From: Muribaculaceae bacterium
Lineage (GTDB): Bacteria; Bacteroidota; Bacteroidia; Bacteroidales; Paludibacteraceae
Assembly: GCA_963655075.1 (NCBI GenBank)
Contig: CAVKDW010000001.1
Span: forward strand, 7,862 to 71,861
DNA length: 64,000 nt
Direction of reading: 5' to 3'
How positions within the stretch are numbered: position 1 is the first letter of the stretch; the number at the start of each line of letters is the position of its first letter. Shown in pieces: positions 17,688-28,145 of this stretch. Below the pieces are notes generated by a model, which saw nothing but the letters and a program-made list of their open reading frames with translations, was not told the origin of the DNA and made no database searches. The position numbers and the translations under genes were made by a program.

Positions 17688-18114
17688 TATTCGTTATATG
17701 CGTCTTGCCCTACATGAGGCTCATGTCGCCCTGTCGGCAGGTGAGGTGCCTATAGGCTGTGTGATCGTGTCGCAGGGACAGGTGATAGGCCGAGGGCATA
17801 ACTTAACAGAGACCCTGCATGACGTCACAGCCCATGCTGAGATGCAGGCTATCACTGCCGCAGCGGGAGAGTTGGGTGGGAAATACTTGGCGGATTGTAC
17901 GTTGTATGTGACTGTCGAGCCATGTGTGATGTGTGCAGGTGCCATAGGTTGGGCACAGATACGTCGTGTCGTCTATGGTACCGCAGATGTGAAACGAGGG
18001 TTCTCTCTCTTTGCCCCCAAAGCACTACATGCGAAATGTACGATCTCATCGGGAGTTTTAGAAGATGAGTGTCGAGAACTAATACAAACATTCTTTCAAA
18101 ACAAACGCTTATGA
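17665..18114 (+). CDS. tadA: tRNA adenosine(34) deaminase
   Basis: Zinc motifs HAEMQAI and PCVMCAGA. The start was trimmed from the ORF track (17536) to the ATG at 17665 (MPAVDTDDIRYMRLAL). An alternative ATG is at 17698. Confidence 0.85.
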   Translation: MPAVDTDDIRYMRLALHEAHVALSAGEVPIGCVIVSQGQVIGRGHNLTETLHDVTAHAEMQAITAAAGELGGKYLADCTLYVTVEPCVMCAGAIGWAQIRRVVYGTADVKRGFSLFAPKALHAKCTISSGVLEDECRELIQTFFQNKRL

Positions 18115-20024
18115 AGAACAGGATGACTTCCGCATTGCGTATCACTTGTCAAGTGGTGTCTTTGGTAGCCCTTGCAGCCTTATCATTGTATCTTTTCCCC
18201 CGTTATAACAACCCTTTCAAGTATCATTTCGAGATAGGTCAGCCTTGGGGTTATGGTCTGATGACAGCAGAGTTTGACTTCCCTATCTACAAGTCCGAAG
18301 CACAGTTAGCGAAGGAGCGTGCGGAGGTATTGCGTAATTTCGTACCATGCTATACGATAGACTCCTCTGCTGCGCAGCAGGATATATACATTGTTTCCCT
18401 GTCGGAGTCAGACAGGATAAAGAATCTCGGTTGTTCACGCATATCGGTACTAAAGAATCGTGTAGCCACTTCTATCGCCATACAGGATGTTTACACACAG
18501 AAATCAGCGTATGAGTTGACGGGACAGACCTTAAGTCCTAACTTGGTATATGACTCGATTACATCGGAGAACTTACGACAGAACTTATTGTCATCTATCT
18601 CATTGACACAAGGTATGGTGCAGTCAGGAGAGAAGATAATAGATACTGGAGAGATAGTGACCGAAACGGATTATCAGATATTAGTATCGTTACGTCATGT
18701 GTTAGAGGAGAAAAACATATCGAAACGTCAGTCTATCACAGCAACCGTAGGTAGCGGACTGCTAATAGTGATATCATTGGTGGTATTTGTGCTGTACTTA
18801 TATGTCTTCCGTCGTAAGTTATTGGAAAACTTGAACAACATGTTGTTCTTTGTCATTCTGATGGCTATCGTCGTAACAACCTCTTTTTTGGTATTGCGTT
18901 ACGCTCCGTTAGGTATAGTATATCTGATACCTTTTGCTTGGGTCCCTATTATCACTCGTGTCTTTTACGATTCACGTACGGCAGTATGCCTCAACCTGAT
19001 AACGGTGTGCATTGTCTCGATGGCAGTCCCCGCCCCTTATATGTTTATCATTCTACAGGTGACTGTGGGTATGGTTGCGGTGTCGAGTTTGCGTGATATG
19101 ACACAACGCGCGCAGTTGGCGCAAACCGCTCTTTGGGTATTTATTGCTTATTCAGTGGTCTATACAGCCATTGTGATGTTGTTATCCGGAGATATGCACG
19201 ATATTGATTATCACTACTATATCTATTTTGCCATCAATGCGGTATTAGTTATCTGTTCGTATGGTGTCATCTACCTGTTTGAGCGCACCTTCAATCTTGT
19301 GAGCAATATCACACTCGTCGAGTTGACGAATGTCAACTCCAACCTGATGCATGAGTTTGCAGAGAAGGCTCCCGGCACTTTTCAGCACTCGCTACAGGTT
19401 AGTAATCTGGCTACTGAGGCAGCCAAATGTATAGGTGCCAAGGTGTTGTTGGTTCGTACCGGTGCTTTATATCACGACATAGGCAAGATGATGCATCCGG
19501 AGTATTTCACAGAAAATCAGGTTCCCGGTTGTAACCCCCTATTAGAGATGTCCACTACCGATGCGGCACGTGTGGTGATTGCTCATGTGACAGATGGTGA
19601 ACGTATAGCACGCAAGCATCACCTGCCTGAGGTGATAGTACATTTTATTCGCTCGCACCACGGCACATCGGTCGTTCGTTATTTTTACAACACCGCTATC
19701 AACCAGGCGAAAGAAGCAGGGCTGAATACGTCTGATGTGAATATCGCTGAATATATGTACCCTGGTCCAAAGCCATCGACCAAAGAAGCCGCTATACTGA
19801 TGATGGCAGATGCGATAGAGGCTCGTTCACGTAGTCTGACAGAGATAACCGAACAATCCATATCCGATATGGTGGATAGCATGATCAACCAACAGATGAA
19901 CGATGGTCAGTTTGCCGAGACACCACTATCTTTCAAGGACTTAGAAGAGATCAGGTGTGTCTTTAAGCAAAAGATATTAGCCATGAATCACCATCGTATT
20001 GCTTATCCCGAGATAAAAAACTGA
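18111..20024 (+). CDS. 7TM-HD family membrane phosphohydrolase (PgpH/YqfF-like HDIG protein)
   Basis: Central block of about 7 hydrophobic helices and a C-terminal HD domain (LYHDIGKM, RSHHG). The ATG at 18111 overlaps the tadA stop (ATGA). Confidence 0.8.
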   Translation: MKNRMTSALRITCQVVSLVALAALSLYLFPRYNNPFKYHFEIGQPWGYGLMTAEFDFPIYKSEAQLAKERAEVLRNFVPCYTIDSSAAQQDIYIVSLSESDRIKNLGCSRISVLKNRVATSIAIQDVYTQKSAYELTGQTLSPNLVYDSITSENLRQNLLSSISLTQGMVQSGEKIIDTGEIVTETDYQILVSLRHVLEEKNISKRQSITATVGSGLLIVISLVVFVLYLYVFRRKLLENLNNMLFFVILMAIVVTTSFLVLRYAPLGIVYLIPFAWVPIITRVFYDSRTAVCLNLITVCIVSMAVPAPYMFIILQVTVGMVAVSSLRDMTQRAQLAQTALWVFIAYSVVYTAIVMLLSGDMHDIDYHYYIYFAINAVLVICSYGVIYLFERTFNLVSNITLVELTNVNSNLMHEFAEKAPGTFQHSLQVSNLATEAAKCIGAKVLLVRTGALYHDIGKMMHPEYFTENQVPGCNPLLEMSTTDAARVVIAHVTDGERIARKHHLPEVIVHFIRSHHGTSVVRYFYNTAINQAKEAGLNTSDVNIAEYMYPGPKPSTKEAAILMMADAIEARSRSLTEITEQSISDMVDSMINQQMNDGQFAETPLSFKDLEEIRCVFKQKILAMNHHRIAYPEIKN

Positions 20025-20029
20025 TTGAC

Positions 20030-21004
20030 ATGTCTCGTTCCTATCCGTTATATTTAGCTCCGATGGAGGATGTCACCGATCCTGCTTTCCGGTTGTTATG
20101 TAAACGTTTTGGTGCGTCCCGTGTCTATACAGAGTTTGTGAATGCCGATGCTTTGGTTCGTGATGTATCTTCGACGATGCGTAAACTGCAGATAAGTGAC
20201 GAAGAACGTCCTGTGGCTATTCAGATATATGGTCGTGAACCTGAGAGTATGGCAGATGCCGCAAAGATAGTTGAGCAGAGCTGTCCTGATTTTATAGATA
20301 TCAATTTCGGGTGCCCAGTCAAGAAAGTAGCAGGCAAGGGTGCCGGAGCCGGGCTATTGCGCGATATCCCCAAGATGCTGTCCATCACCCGTGCAGTGGT
20401 AAATGCAGTACATATACCTGTGACCGTGAAGACTCGTTTGGGTTGGGATGATGAGCATCGCATCATTGTAGAGTTAGCAGAGTCTTTGCAGGATTGTGGT
20501 ATTGCTGAGTTGGCGATACATGGGCGCACCCGTTGTCAGATGTACCACGGGGAGGCTGATTGGACACTGATAGGAGCAGTAAAGAATAATCCTCGTATGC
20601 ATATACCCATCATTGGTAACGGAGATGTTACCAGTCCAGAGCGTGCAAAAGAGTGTTTCGATCGTTACGGTGTGGATGCAGTGATGGTTGGTCGTGCCAC
20701 TTTCGGTTGCCCTTGGATTTTTGAAGATATGGCCCATTACCTATGTTCGGGAGAGTTTCTTCCCCACCGCGATATGCAATGGTGTGTAGATATACTCAAA
20801 GAGCATGTTGAGCGCAGCATAACATGGATAGGTGACGAGCGTAAGGGTATAGTGCATAGTCGTCGGCATTTTGCGGCCTCTCCTGTCTTCAAGGGGTTAA
20901 ATAACTTCAGGCAGACACGCATCGCTTTGTTACGGGCAGAAACGAAGGAAGAAGTCTTTCGTATTATGGACGAGATTGTCTTACAATGGGGAGAGCATCC
21001 GTAA
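20030..21004 (+). CDS. tRNA-dihydrouridine synthase
   Basis: LAPMEDVTDPAFR, INFGCP and HGRT blocks. 324 aa. Confidence 0.9.
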   Translation: MSRSYPLYLAPMEDVTDPAFRLLCKRFGASRVYTEFVNADALVRDVSSTMRKLQISDEERPVAIQIYGREPESMADAAKIVEQSCPDFIDINFGCPVKKVAGKGAGAGLLRDIPKMLSITRAVVNAVHIPVTVKTRLGWDDEHRIIVELAESLQDCGIAELAIHGRTRCQMYHGEADWTLIGAVKNNPRMHIPIIGNGDVTSPERAKECFDRYGVDAVMVGRATFGCPWIFEDMAHYLCSGEFLPHRDMQWCVDILKEHVERSITWIGDERKGIVHSRRHFAASPVFKGLNNFRQTRIALLRAETKEEVFRIMDEIVLQWGEHP

Positions 21005-21019
21005 ACAGTAAAAGAGCAA

Positions 21020-21051
21020 GAAGGCTACCTGACCAATGTCAAGTAGCCTTC
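21020..21051. terminator. 9-bp hairpin between convergent genes
   Basis: GAAGGCTAC (21020-21028) pairs with GTAGCCTTC (21043-21051). No U-tract. Confidence 0.4.
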
Positions 21052-21096
21052 ATGCCTAATGATTATATGTCTTTATAAGAACATATAAACCTGTTG

Positions 21097-22248
21097 TTAA
21101 TGACACATACCCGGTATCATCAGTTCAGGGATGAACTCCACAACACCGACCTCTTGTGCAACAGGGTTAATTTTCTGTACCAGACGTGCAGGTTTACCCT
21201 CCTTAGGTGCGTTGTACACATACTCAAGAGTGAAGGCTTTGGTGGTGAAACCTCCATCGTAGCCAGCAGCTGCAAAAACAAATGTCTCACCATCAGCAAG
21301 ATTCTTATAGTAGACACTCTTGTCGCCTTTATATAAGTAAGAACTGATTTTGCTCCCATAGTACGATACTGCAGCCTCAAGGTATTTCATGGGAGAGTTA
21401 TCATAGCTCTTCTCTAATGTCGATTTTTTAGTCCCTTGGAACAGGTATGCCTCAGTCTTGACAGAAGGAGTTATTGAGATATGGACAAGTGTATCCACAG
21501 ACGTACTGCTCGTCTTATAAGAGATAGAATCAAACTTTATCTCGATGGTCATGTCAGACGGAACAACATCTGCCGTCTTGAAAGGAAGGCGAGTCATTTT
21601 TGGACTAGGCTTTTCGTTCTCGACGTCAATACCAAAAGCGAACATCACATAATCAGTAGATGCTGTCAAGCCAGTAGCACTCAACTCTTTCTTCCCTTTG
21701 AACAAAAAGTCTTTCAAGGTCTTATTGTATCCGTAAGCAGCGTATTGTTGGATCATCTTATTGAGATTGGTCAATACTAACTCCGCCAATTCTGCATCAG
21801 AGGTAGTGTTTGCCATTTCTGCAGTAGCATATCCACAGTAATAATACCCATCTTCATCAGAAGGAGTAATGGAAACGGTACACGTCGTTGGCGTGACGCC
21901 GACCTGTGCAAGTTCCAGCGTAACAGGATTATTATATACTGTCAATTTTGTGGCAGCTTCTAATGTCCCAACCGAAGCAATGATGTTACACTCTCCATCG
22001 GAGACAGCCTTAACAAGTCCCTTCTCATCAACAGTAGCAATGTTCATGTTAGAACTCTTCCACTGCACAACCATAGTGGTATTCTCTGGCTGTATTACTG
22101 CTGTTAACTGCAGAGTGGAGTCCACATACAGTGTTGCCTCTTTCTGCGTAGAGATGGATGTTGCAGGTATCTCTTCAGGTTTGCAAGAGACTGCACACGC
22201 AGCTACTGCTATAAGTGCTATAGCTGCTAAATTTTTGAATGTCTTCAT
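21097..22248 (-). CDS. surface lipoprotein with N-terminal bacterial Ig-like (Big_2) domain
   Basis: Signal peptide with lipobox (AVSCK). LQLTAVIQPEN...WKSSNMNIATVDEKGLVKAVSDGECNIIASV matches the Big_2 pattern. The rest is uncharacterised. Confidence 0.65.
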   Translation of the reverse strand: MKTFKNLAAIALIAVAACAVSCKPEEIPATSISTQKEATLYVDSTLQLTAVIQPENTTMVVQWKSSNMNIATVDEKGLVKAVSDGECNIIASVGTLEAATKLTVYNNPVTLELAQVGVTPTTCTVSITPSDEDGYYYCGYATAEMANTTSDAELAELVLTNLNKMIQQYAAYGYNKTLKDFLFKGKKELSATGLTASTDYVMFAFGIDVENEKPSPKMTRLPFKTADVVPSDMTIEIKFDSISYKTSSTSVDTLVHISITPSVKTEAYLFQGTKKSTLEKSYDNSPMKYLEAAVSYYGSKISSYLYKGDKSVYYKNLADGETFVFAAAGYDGGFTTKAFTLEYVYNAPKEGKPARLVQKINPVAQEVGVVEFIPELMIPGMCH

Positions 22249-22285
22249 AAAAAGTTTGTTAGTAGTTATTAGATATTATGACTAT

Positions 22286-22325
22286 ATGTGTCCCTATTAT
22301 GTTACAGAAGCACACAGGGACACAT
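22286..22325 (-). terminator. 10-bp hairpin downstream of secDF
   Basis: ATGTGTCCCT (22286-22295) pairs with AGGGACACAT (22316-22325). No clear U-tract. Confidence 0.35.
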
Positions 22326-22330
22326 GGTTA

Positions 22331-25300
22331 TTATTTCTTAAGAGCTTTACGTTCTTTGCGACGCTGTTGCGCTTGTTGGATATCATAAGCCAGAGGCGTG
22401 GCAATACATAATGTAGAGTAGGTTCCTATGATGACACCCATCAAGAGAGCAAATACAAAGCCACGTATTGTCTCACCACCGAAACAGAAGATTGCGAGTA
22501 ACACAACAAGAGTTGACATAGATGTTGAGAACGTACGGCTGAGTGTATGGTTCAACGCATCATTCATATTCTGCAGACGTGGACGCTTTGGATAGAGTTT
22601 ATTGTACTCACGCACACGATCAAAGACCACAACCGTATCGTTGATAGAGTAACCTATGACGGTCAAGATTGCCGCGATGAACGATTGGTCAATCTCCATA
22701 GAGAATGGCATCACTTTCCATAGGATAGCATACATACCGAGAATAATAATCGTATCGTGTGCCAATCCTGCCAATGCGCCCACAGAGAAAGCAAAGTTGC
22801 GGAAGCGCAAGAGGATATAAAGGAATATACCTAACAATGCGGCCAACACAGACCAAACAGCAGCCTTAGTAATGTCGTCAGCAACAGCCGGTCCAACCTT
22901 CTGCGATTGCATGATACCAATCTCAGGGTTGATCTCTGTGGACTTAAAGTCGTCTAAAGTGATATTCTCTGCCAAGAATGGTTTGCAGCCTTCGTAGAGC
23001 AACACCTCTATCTGTGCATCAACGTCGTCGGAATCATCTGCAACACGGTAGTTAGTAGAGATACGCACTTGATTAGCATCACCTATTGTAATGACGTTGA
23101 GCGCAAAAGTCTCATCATCATCCAGTTGCGCTTTAGCCTCCATAAACACCTTATCGAGGCTACTACTTACCTCCTCTGTGTTGACAGGTTGTGCGAAACG
23201 AACGATATAGTTCCGTCCTCCTGAGAAATCAATACCTAAGTTCAGTTTACCCATGATGTGAGGATCCAATCCAAGGATACCAACGATGATGAGTACGCCC
23301 GATATGATATAGGTGACCTTGCGTGCACCGATGAAATTAGCATTGGTGTTCTGCAAGAAGTTTTGCATCAGTTTAGTGGTGAAGGATATCTCCTTAGCAT
23401 CATCTTTCTTGGCATAAAGTTCAAGCAACAGACGAGTGATAAATACCGCTGTCAGGAACGAAGATATGATACCAATCATATAGGTAACCGCGAAACCTTT
23501 GATAGGTCCGGTCCCGAAAATGGCAAGTATGGCTCCAGTCAAGAAAGAGGTAACGTTGGAGTCAATGATGGCAGATATAGCACCCTTGAAACCATCTTGT
23601 ATTGCCTTACGGAGGTTCTTACCTGCTGCCAACTCCTCTCTAATACGCTCGTATATCAGCACATTGGCATCAACAGCCATACCCATTGTCAACACGATAC
23701 CTGCTATACCAGGCAACGTGAGCACAGCAGAGAAAGATGCCAGAATACCTACTAAGAGGAACACGTTACAGAGCAGTGCAAAATCAGCTACCAAGCCAGG
23801 TAACAGTCCATAATAGAATATCATGTAGACAAGGATCAGTATGAACCCAAGTACAAAACTCCAAAGACCATTCTGGATTGCCTCATGACCCAATGAAGGA
23901 CCAACCACATCTTCTTGAATAATACGTGCAGGCGCAGGCATCTTACCAGACTTGAGGGTGTTTGCCAAGTCTTTAGCCTCCTCAACAGTGAAGTTACCTG
24001 TGATTTGCGAGTTACCTCCGGCTATCTCATTCTGAACCGTTGGGAAACTATATACATATCCATCCAGCACAATGGCAATAGACTTACCGATGTTATCACG
24101 TGTGATACGTTGCCAATCGCGAGCACCTTCGGCATTCATTAACATAGACACATTGGCAAAAGCTGATGTCTGCCCGAAATCAGCACGTGCATCCGTGATG
24201 ACATCCCCCTCCATAGAGGGACGCCCATTGGTCTGAGCCTTGAGAGCCACTAATTGGTAATATATATCGGCATCATCCACAGCCTTTACCGTCCAACGCA
24301 GGCGGAGTTCACGAGGCAAGATAGACTTGGCAATAGAAGAATTCAATATCTCCATCACACGGGCAGTATCCGTATAATGAACTGTACCAACAACAGGTCC
24401 CCTATAGGCTTGCCCGGACTGACTGACTGATGGGTTCAAGACTGCAAACAGAGGATTCTGCTTTTTGTACTGCTCCAAAGCAGCAGCCTCATCTTCTGCA
24501 ATCGCTGCAGCACTATCCGATGATAAGTTCTCAACGAGAGCATCGATATCATCCGCGGTAGCCTCTGGAGTCTTTACCTCCTCAACAGGTTGGGCAGTGG
24601 TTGTTGTTTGGGCAGACTCGTTGCTTGCATTAACGCGAGCAAACTCACTATTGATTTGTACCAACTGAGGCAATATCTCTGCCAAATCGTATGTCTCCCA
24701 AAACTCAAGATTAGCAGAACCTTGCAGGAGCTTGCGCACACGCGCAGGATCCTTAATACCCGGTAACTCTATCAATATGCGACCGGGCTGACTAAGTTTC
24801 TGGATATTAGGTTGCACAACACCGAAACGGTCAATACGAGTACGCAACACGCGGAAGGAGTTATCAATAGCACCATCTACCTCTTCGCGTAACACTTTCT
24901 CTACTTCTTGGTTGGTAGAATTGAGTGTCACCTTGTCTTTCAACTCAAATGTGGAGAACACCGATGCTAACTTCGCATTCTTATCTAACTCGTAGAACGA
25001 CTCAAAGAACAGAGTCATAAAGTCAGAACCCGACTTCCTCTGTTTCTCTTGCGCCATAGCGAGAGCCTGGTTGAACGTCTCGGTAGTATTATATCCACTA
25101 AGTGCACGGAGAATATCAGGTACAGACACCTCCATTGTGACGTTCATACCACCCTTTAGGTCAAGACCCAAGTTGATCTCTTTCTCACGGCACTCTTTCA
25201 ACGTGTAGCCGAACCACACTTTTTGGTTCGCAATAGAATCCTTGTAGAAGAACTCCTTTGCATCGTCACCCTGGGCATACTCTACAGCCTTCTTATCATA

Positions 25301-25390
25301 GTGCCTCGTCACAAACGAAAACGATAGATAGAAAGCACTTGCCAAAGCAAGGCAGACAGCCAAAGTGATAACTAGTCCTTTGTTTTGCAT
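22331..25390 (-). CDS. secDF: protein translocase subunit SecDF (fused)
   Basis: 1019 aa. N-terminal TM helix, a large periplasmic domain, then two 6-TM blocks (GIAGIVLTMGMAVDANVLIYERIREE; NDTVVVFDRVRE) characteristic of SecD and SecF. Confidence 0.95.
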   Translation of the reverse strand: MQNKGLVITLAVCLALASAFYLSFSFVTRHYDKKAVEYAQGDDAKEFFYKDSIANQKVWFGYTLKECREKEINLGLDLKGGMNVTMEVSVPDILRALSGYNTTETFNQALAMAQEKQRKSGSDFMTLFFESFYELDKNAKLASVFSTFELKDKVTLNSTNQEVEKVLREEVDGAIDNSFRVLRTRIDRFGVVQPNIQKLSQPGRILIELPGIKDPARVRKLLQGSANLEFWETYDLAEILPQLVQINSEFARVNASNESAQTTTTAQPVEEVKTPEATADDIDALVENLSSDSAAAIAEDEAAALEQYKKQNPLFAVLNPSVSQSGQAYRGPVVGTVHYTDTARVMEILNSSIAKSILPRELRLRWTVKAVDDADIYYQLVALKAQTNGRPSMEGDVITDARADFGQTSAFANVSMLMNAEGARDWQRITRDNIGKSIAIVLDGYVYSFPTVQNEIAGGNSQITGNFTVEEAKDLANTLKSGKMPAPARIIQEDVVGPSLGHEAIQNGLWSFVLGFILILVYMIFYYGLLPGLVADFALLCNVFLLVGILASFSAVLTLPGIAGIVLTMGMAVDANVLIYERIREELAAGKNLRKAIQDGFKGAISAIIDSNVTSFLTGAILAIFGTGPIKGFAVTYMIGIISSFLTAVFITRLLLELYAKKDDAKEISFTTKLMQNFLQNTNANFIGARKVTYIISGVLIIVGILGLDPHIMGKLNLGIDFSGGRNYIVRFAQPVNTEEVSSSLDKVFMEAKAQLDDDETFALNVITIGDANQVRISTNYRVADDSDDVDAQIEVLLYEGCKPFLAENITLDDFKSTEINPEIGIMQSQKVGPAVADDITKAAVWSVLAALLGIFLYILLRFRNFAFSVGALAGLAHDTIIILGMYAILWKVMPFSMEIDQSFIAAILTVIGYSINDTVVVFDRVREYNKLYPKRPRLQNMNDALNHTLSRTFSTSMSTLVVLLAIFCFGGETIRGFVFALLMGVIIGTYSTLCIATPLAYDIQQAQQRRKERKALKK

Positions 25391-25548
25391 AATCGTTTAG
25401 TTGGTTTATTTTGTTATTATAATCTCTTTATCCGAACCTTGCAGACAACAATTCCACACGCCAAATACCAACATCAGTATCCTACACCTCACAAAAAACA
25501 ACGAGATAGGCACACGATGTGTACTGCATACCTGCAAAGAATAGCGTG

Positions 25549-25556
25549 CAAAATTA
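25549..25556 (-). promoter_or_regulatory. candidate -7 promoter box for secDF
   Basis: CAAAATTA is the reverse complement of TAATTTTG. It lies 158 nt upstream of the secDF ATG. Confidence 0.4.
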
Positions 25557-25640
25557 GTATATTTGTTACAGATATGCAAGAGAACAGTGTTTTTTCGCAA
25601 AAAAACAGACTGTTTATTTGCACATACCAATCCTTTGTTG

Positions 25641-25648
25641 TACCTTTG
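25641..25648 (+). promoter_or_regulatory. -7 promoter box upstream of tRNA-fMet
   Basis: TACCTTTG followed by CAGCGCA. It lies 93 nt upstream of the tRNA 5' end. Confidence 0.5.
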
Positions 25649-25741
25649 CAGCGCATTTCGAGGAAGTACTACTTAATACACGATGCCTTTTAGGTTAAAT
25701 CGTCTGTGGGCGAATAGGATTTCTCAACGAGATGATAACAG

Positions 25742-25813
<72 letters not shown>

Positions 25814-25824
25814 CATAGATTGAA

Positions 25825-25860
25825 AGCCGCTTAGCAGAAACGTTAAGCGGCTCTCTTTAT
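25825..25860 (+). terminator. rho-independent terminator after tRNA-fMet
   Basis: 11-bp stem AGCCGCTTAGC/GTTAAGCGGCT followed by CTCTTTATT. Confidence 0.65.
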
Positions 25861-25907
25861 TGGTATCTCGACTCGTCCGACTATGCGAACCGACATCAAC
25901 CACTATG

Positions 25908-27344
25908 CTATCCAACAGACCCCTCTAAACTAACCTGGAGCAACTTCTGCGCCTCCACGGCAAACTCCATGGGCAACTTATCCATCACTTCCTTTGCGTA
26001 ACCATTAACGATCAAACCGACGGCATCTTCAGTGCCTATACCACGTTGCTGACAATAGAATAACTGCTCCTCACTAATCTTACTCGTGGTAGCCTCATGC
26101 TCAACGATAGCTGTCGGATTCTGAATCTGCATAGTCGGAAAAGTGTGGGCACCACACAGATCTCCTAACAATAGACTGTCACATTGACTATAGTTACGAA
26201 CATTGTCAGCATGGGGAACTACACGAACCAAACCACGATAAGCATTCTGACTATGTCCGGCAGAGATACCCTTGCTAACTATACGCGAGCGGGTATTCCT
26301 TCCCAAATGTATCATCTTCGTACCCGTATCAGCCTGCTGAAAGTTATTGGTGACGGCTACCGAATAAAACTCCGCCGAAGAGTTGTCTCCTTTCAATATA
26401 CAACTCGGATACTTCCACGTAATAGCAGAACCCGTCTCTACCTGTGTCCAACTCAAACGAGCATTCTCATAGGTAATACCTCGCTTCGTCACAAAATTGT
26501 AAATACCACCCTTACCCTCTTTATCACCTGGATACCAATTCTGGACTGTAGAGTATTTCACCTCAGCATCTTTATGAACCACAATCTCTACGATAGCAGC
26601 ATGCAACTGGTTCTCATCACGCATCGGAGCAGTACAACCCTCTAAATAACTCAAGTACGCCCCCTCATCTGCAATCAAAAGGGTGCGCTCAAACTGCCCG
26701 GTGTTACTGGCATTAATCCTAAAATAAGTGCTCAACTCCATCGGACAACGAACTCCCTTAGGGATATACACAAACGAACCGTCCGAGAACACAGCAGAGT
26801 TGAGCGCCGCATAAAAATTATCCGAATATGGGACTACAGAACCTAAATACCTGCGCACCAAATCAGGATGATCCTGCACCGCCTCTGATATGGAACAGAA
26901 TATAATCCCTTTCTGAGCCAACGTCTCACGAAAGGTAGTCTTTACCGACACCGAATCCATCACCGCGTCCACCGCCATATTACCTGCCAACGCTGCACGC
27001 TCCTCCAAAGGTATACCCAACTTATCAAAAGTCTTCATCACCTCCGGATCTATCGTATCCGAAGACGGATTCACGCCCTGTGCCTTCGGAGCGGCATAAT
27101 AAGAGATAGACTGAAAATCTATAGCAGGTATCGTTAGATGAGCCCATGTAGGAACAGACATTGATAACCACTTATGATAAGCTTTCAATCGAAACTCCAA
27201 CAACCAATCCGGCTCACGCTTCTTCGCAGAAATCAAACGAATAACATCCTCATTGAGACCCTTCTCAATGACATCCGTCGCCACATCTGTGGTAAAACCG
27301 TACTTGTATTCCTGCTGAGTAATACGCTCTAAGTCCTGCTGCAT
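25908..27344 (-). CDS. sufB: Fe-S cluster assembly protein SufB
   Basis: 478 aa, highly conserved SufB sequence (e.g. [47 protein letters not shown]). Confidence 0.95.
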   Translation of the reverse strand: MQQDLERITQQEYKYGFTTDVATDVIEKGLNEDVIRLISAKKREPDWLLEFRLKAYHKWLSMSVPTWAHLTIPAIDFQSISYYAAPKAQGVNPSSDTIDPEVMKTFDKLGIPLEERAALAGNMAVDAVMDSVSVKTTFRETLAQKGIIFCSISEAVQDHPDLVRRYLGSVVPYSDNFYAALNSAVFSDGSFVYIPKGVRCPMELSTYFRINASNTGQFERTLLIADEGAYLSYLEGCTAPMRDENQLHAAIVEIVVHKDAEVKYSTVQNWYPGDKEGKGGIYNFVTKRGITYENARLSWTQVETGSAITWKYPSCILKGDNSSAEFYSVAVTNNFQQADTGTKMIHLGRNTRSRIVSKGISAGHSQNAYRGLVRVVPHADNVRNYSQCDSLLLGDLCGAHTFPTMQIQNPTAIVEHEATTSKISEEQLFYCQQRGIGTEDAVGLIVNGYAKEVMDKLPMEFAVEAQKLLQVSLEGSVG

Positions 27345-27407
27345 AAAAGTTTCACTCCTATATGACTACCGACAACAAGAGCCGCCTATCCAGCAGCCCC
27401 CTCGAAG

Positions 27408-27478
27408 AGGTACCTAGCAGATTCGAACCGCTGTCCCCGGTTTTGCAGACCGGTCCCTAACCACTCGGGCAAGGTACC
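27408..27478 (-). tRNA. tRNA-Cys (anticodon GCA)
   Basis: Reverse complement folds as GGTACCT-TG-CCC..GGG-A-CCGGT-CTGCAAA-ACCGG-GGAC-AGCGG-TTCGAAT-CTGCT-AGGTACC-T. 71 nt. Confidence 0.9.
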
Positions 27479-27507
27479 AACACAAGCACCTATCTCTAAA
27501 TGCGCTG

Positions 27508-27515
27508 CAAAGGTA
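27508..27515 (-). promoter_or_regulatory. -7 promoter box for tRNA-Cys (and possibly sufB)
   Basis: CAAAGGTA, preceded on the sense strand by the ...TTTGCAGCGCA context. It lies 29 nt upstream of the tRNA 5' end. Confidence 0.6.
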
Positions 27516-27589
27516 AAGGATATTTCCGACATACGCAAGCAAAAAACACAAAACAAATCATTTTTATTGTATGTTCTAAAAAAAAACAA

Positions 27590-27597
27590 TACCTTTG
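27590..27597 (+). promoter_or_regulatory. -7 promoter box for tRNA-Leu
   Basis: TACCTTTG, 13 nt upstream of the tRNA 5' end. Confidence 0.6.
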
Positions 27598-27610
27598 CAG
27601 CCGATTTTAT

Positions 27611-27699
27611 GCCGCGATGGTGGAATCGGTAGACACGAAGGACTTAAAATCCTTTGGTCAGAAATGACTGTGTGGGTTCAAGTCCCACTCGCGGTACCA
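27611..27699 (+). tRNA. tRNA-Leu (anticodon TAA), class II with long variable arm, CCA encoded
   Basis: GCCGCGA acceptor, anticodon arm AAGGA-CTTAAAA-TCCTT, long variable arm, T arm GTGGG-TTCAAGT-CCCAC, then TCGCGGT-A-CCA. Confidence 0.9.
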
Positions 27700-27702
27700 A
27701 CA

Positions 27703-27731
27703 GAGAAGAAGGTGTAGAACCTTCTTCTTTG
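27703..27731 (+). terminator. rho-independent terminator after tRNA-Leu
   Basis: GAAGAAGG-tgtagaa-CCTTCTTC followed by TTT. Confidence 0.6.
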
Positions 27732-27758
27732 CAATTAACAAGAAACATATACCCAAAC

Positions 27759-28145
27759 ATGGAAATAGGACTACAACACACCAGTATCCTCGTCGTCAAC
27801 AACGACAACTCCGCCGAACATATGGGATCAGGAGACATGCCTGTACTCGCCACACCCGCTATGGTGGCACTCATGGAGAACGCTGCCATGACAGCCGTCA
27901 GCAAAGCACTACAAAAAGGCGAAAGCACCGTAGGAGGACACATCAACGTAAGCCATATCAAACCCACTGCTATCGGACAAGAAGTGACCGCAACAGCCAC
28001 ACTAACAGCCATCGATGGCAAGAAACTCACTTTCCATGTATGCGCATATCAGGCAGACACACTGATAGGCGAAGGCGAACATATACGTTTCATCGTTGAC
28101 AGAGAACGCTTTCTAAGGAAAATAACACAAACACCCACCCGCTAA
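27759..28145 (+). CDS. hotdog-fold thioesterase family protein
   Basis: 128 aa. MEIGLQHT...GSGDMPVLATPAMVALMENAA...TVGGHINVSHIKPT resembles small thioesterase-superfamily (FlK-like) proteins. The start was trimmed from 27654 because that ORF runs through tRNA-Leu. Confidence 0.7.
   Translation: MEIGLQHTSILVVNNDNSAEHMGSGDMPVLATPAMVALMENAAMTAVSKALQKGESTVGGHINVSHIKPTAIGQEVTATATLTAIDGKKLTFHVCAYQADTLIGEGEHIRFIVDRERFLRKITQTPTR

Noticed and set aside
25391-25740. Composition change around 25435 (T/G-rich to A/C-rich), considered as a replication terminus or dif region
   Set aside because: The T-rich part is simply the A-rich translation-initiation leader of secDF read on the opposite strand. Similar T-rich stretches precede other minus-strand starts (37932, 9127, 11374). 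I saw no dif-like palindrome.
27644-28030. 128-aa minus-strand ORF, and the 5' extension (27654-27758) of the thioesterase ORF
   Set aside because: Both run through tRNA-Leu and its terminator. The thioesterase was trimmed to the ATG at 27759.
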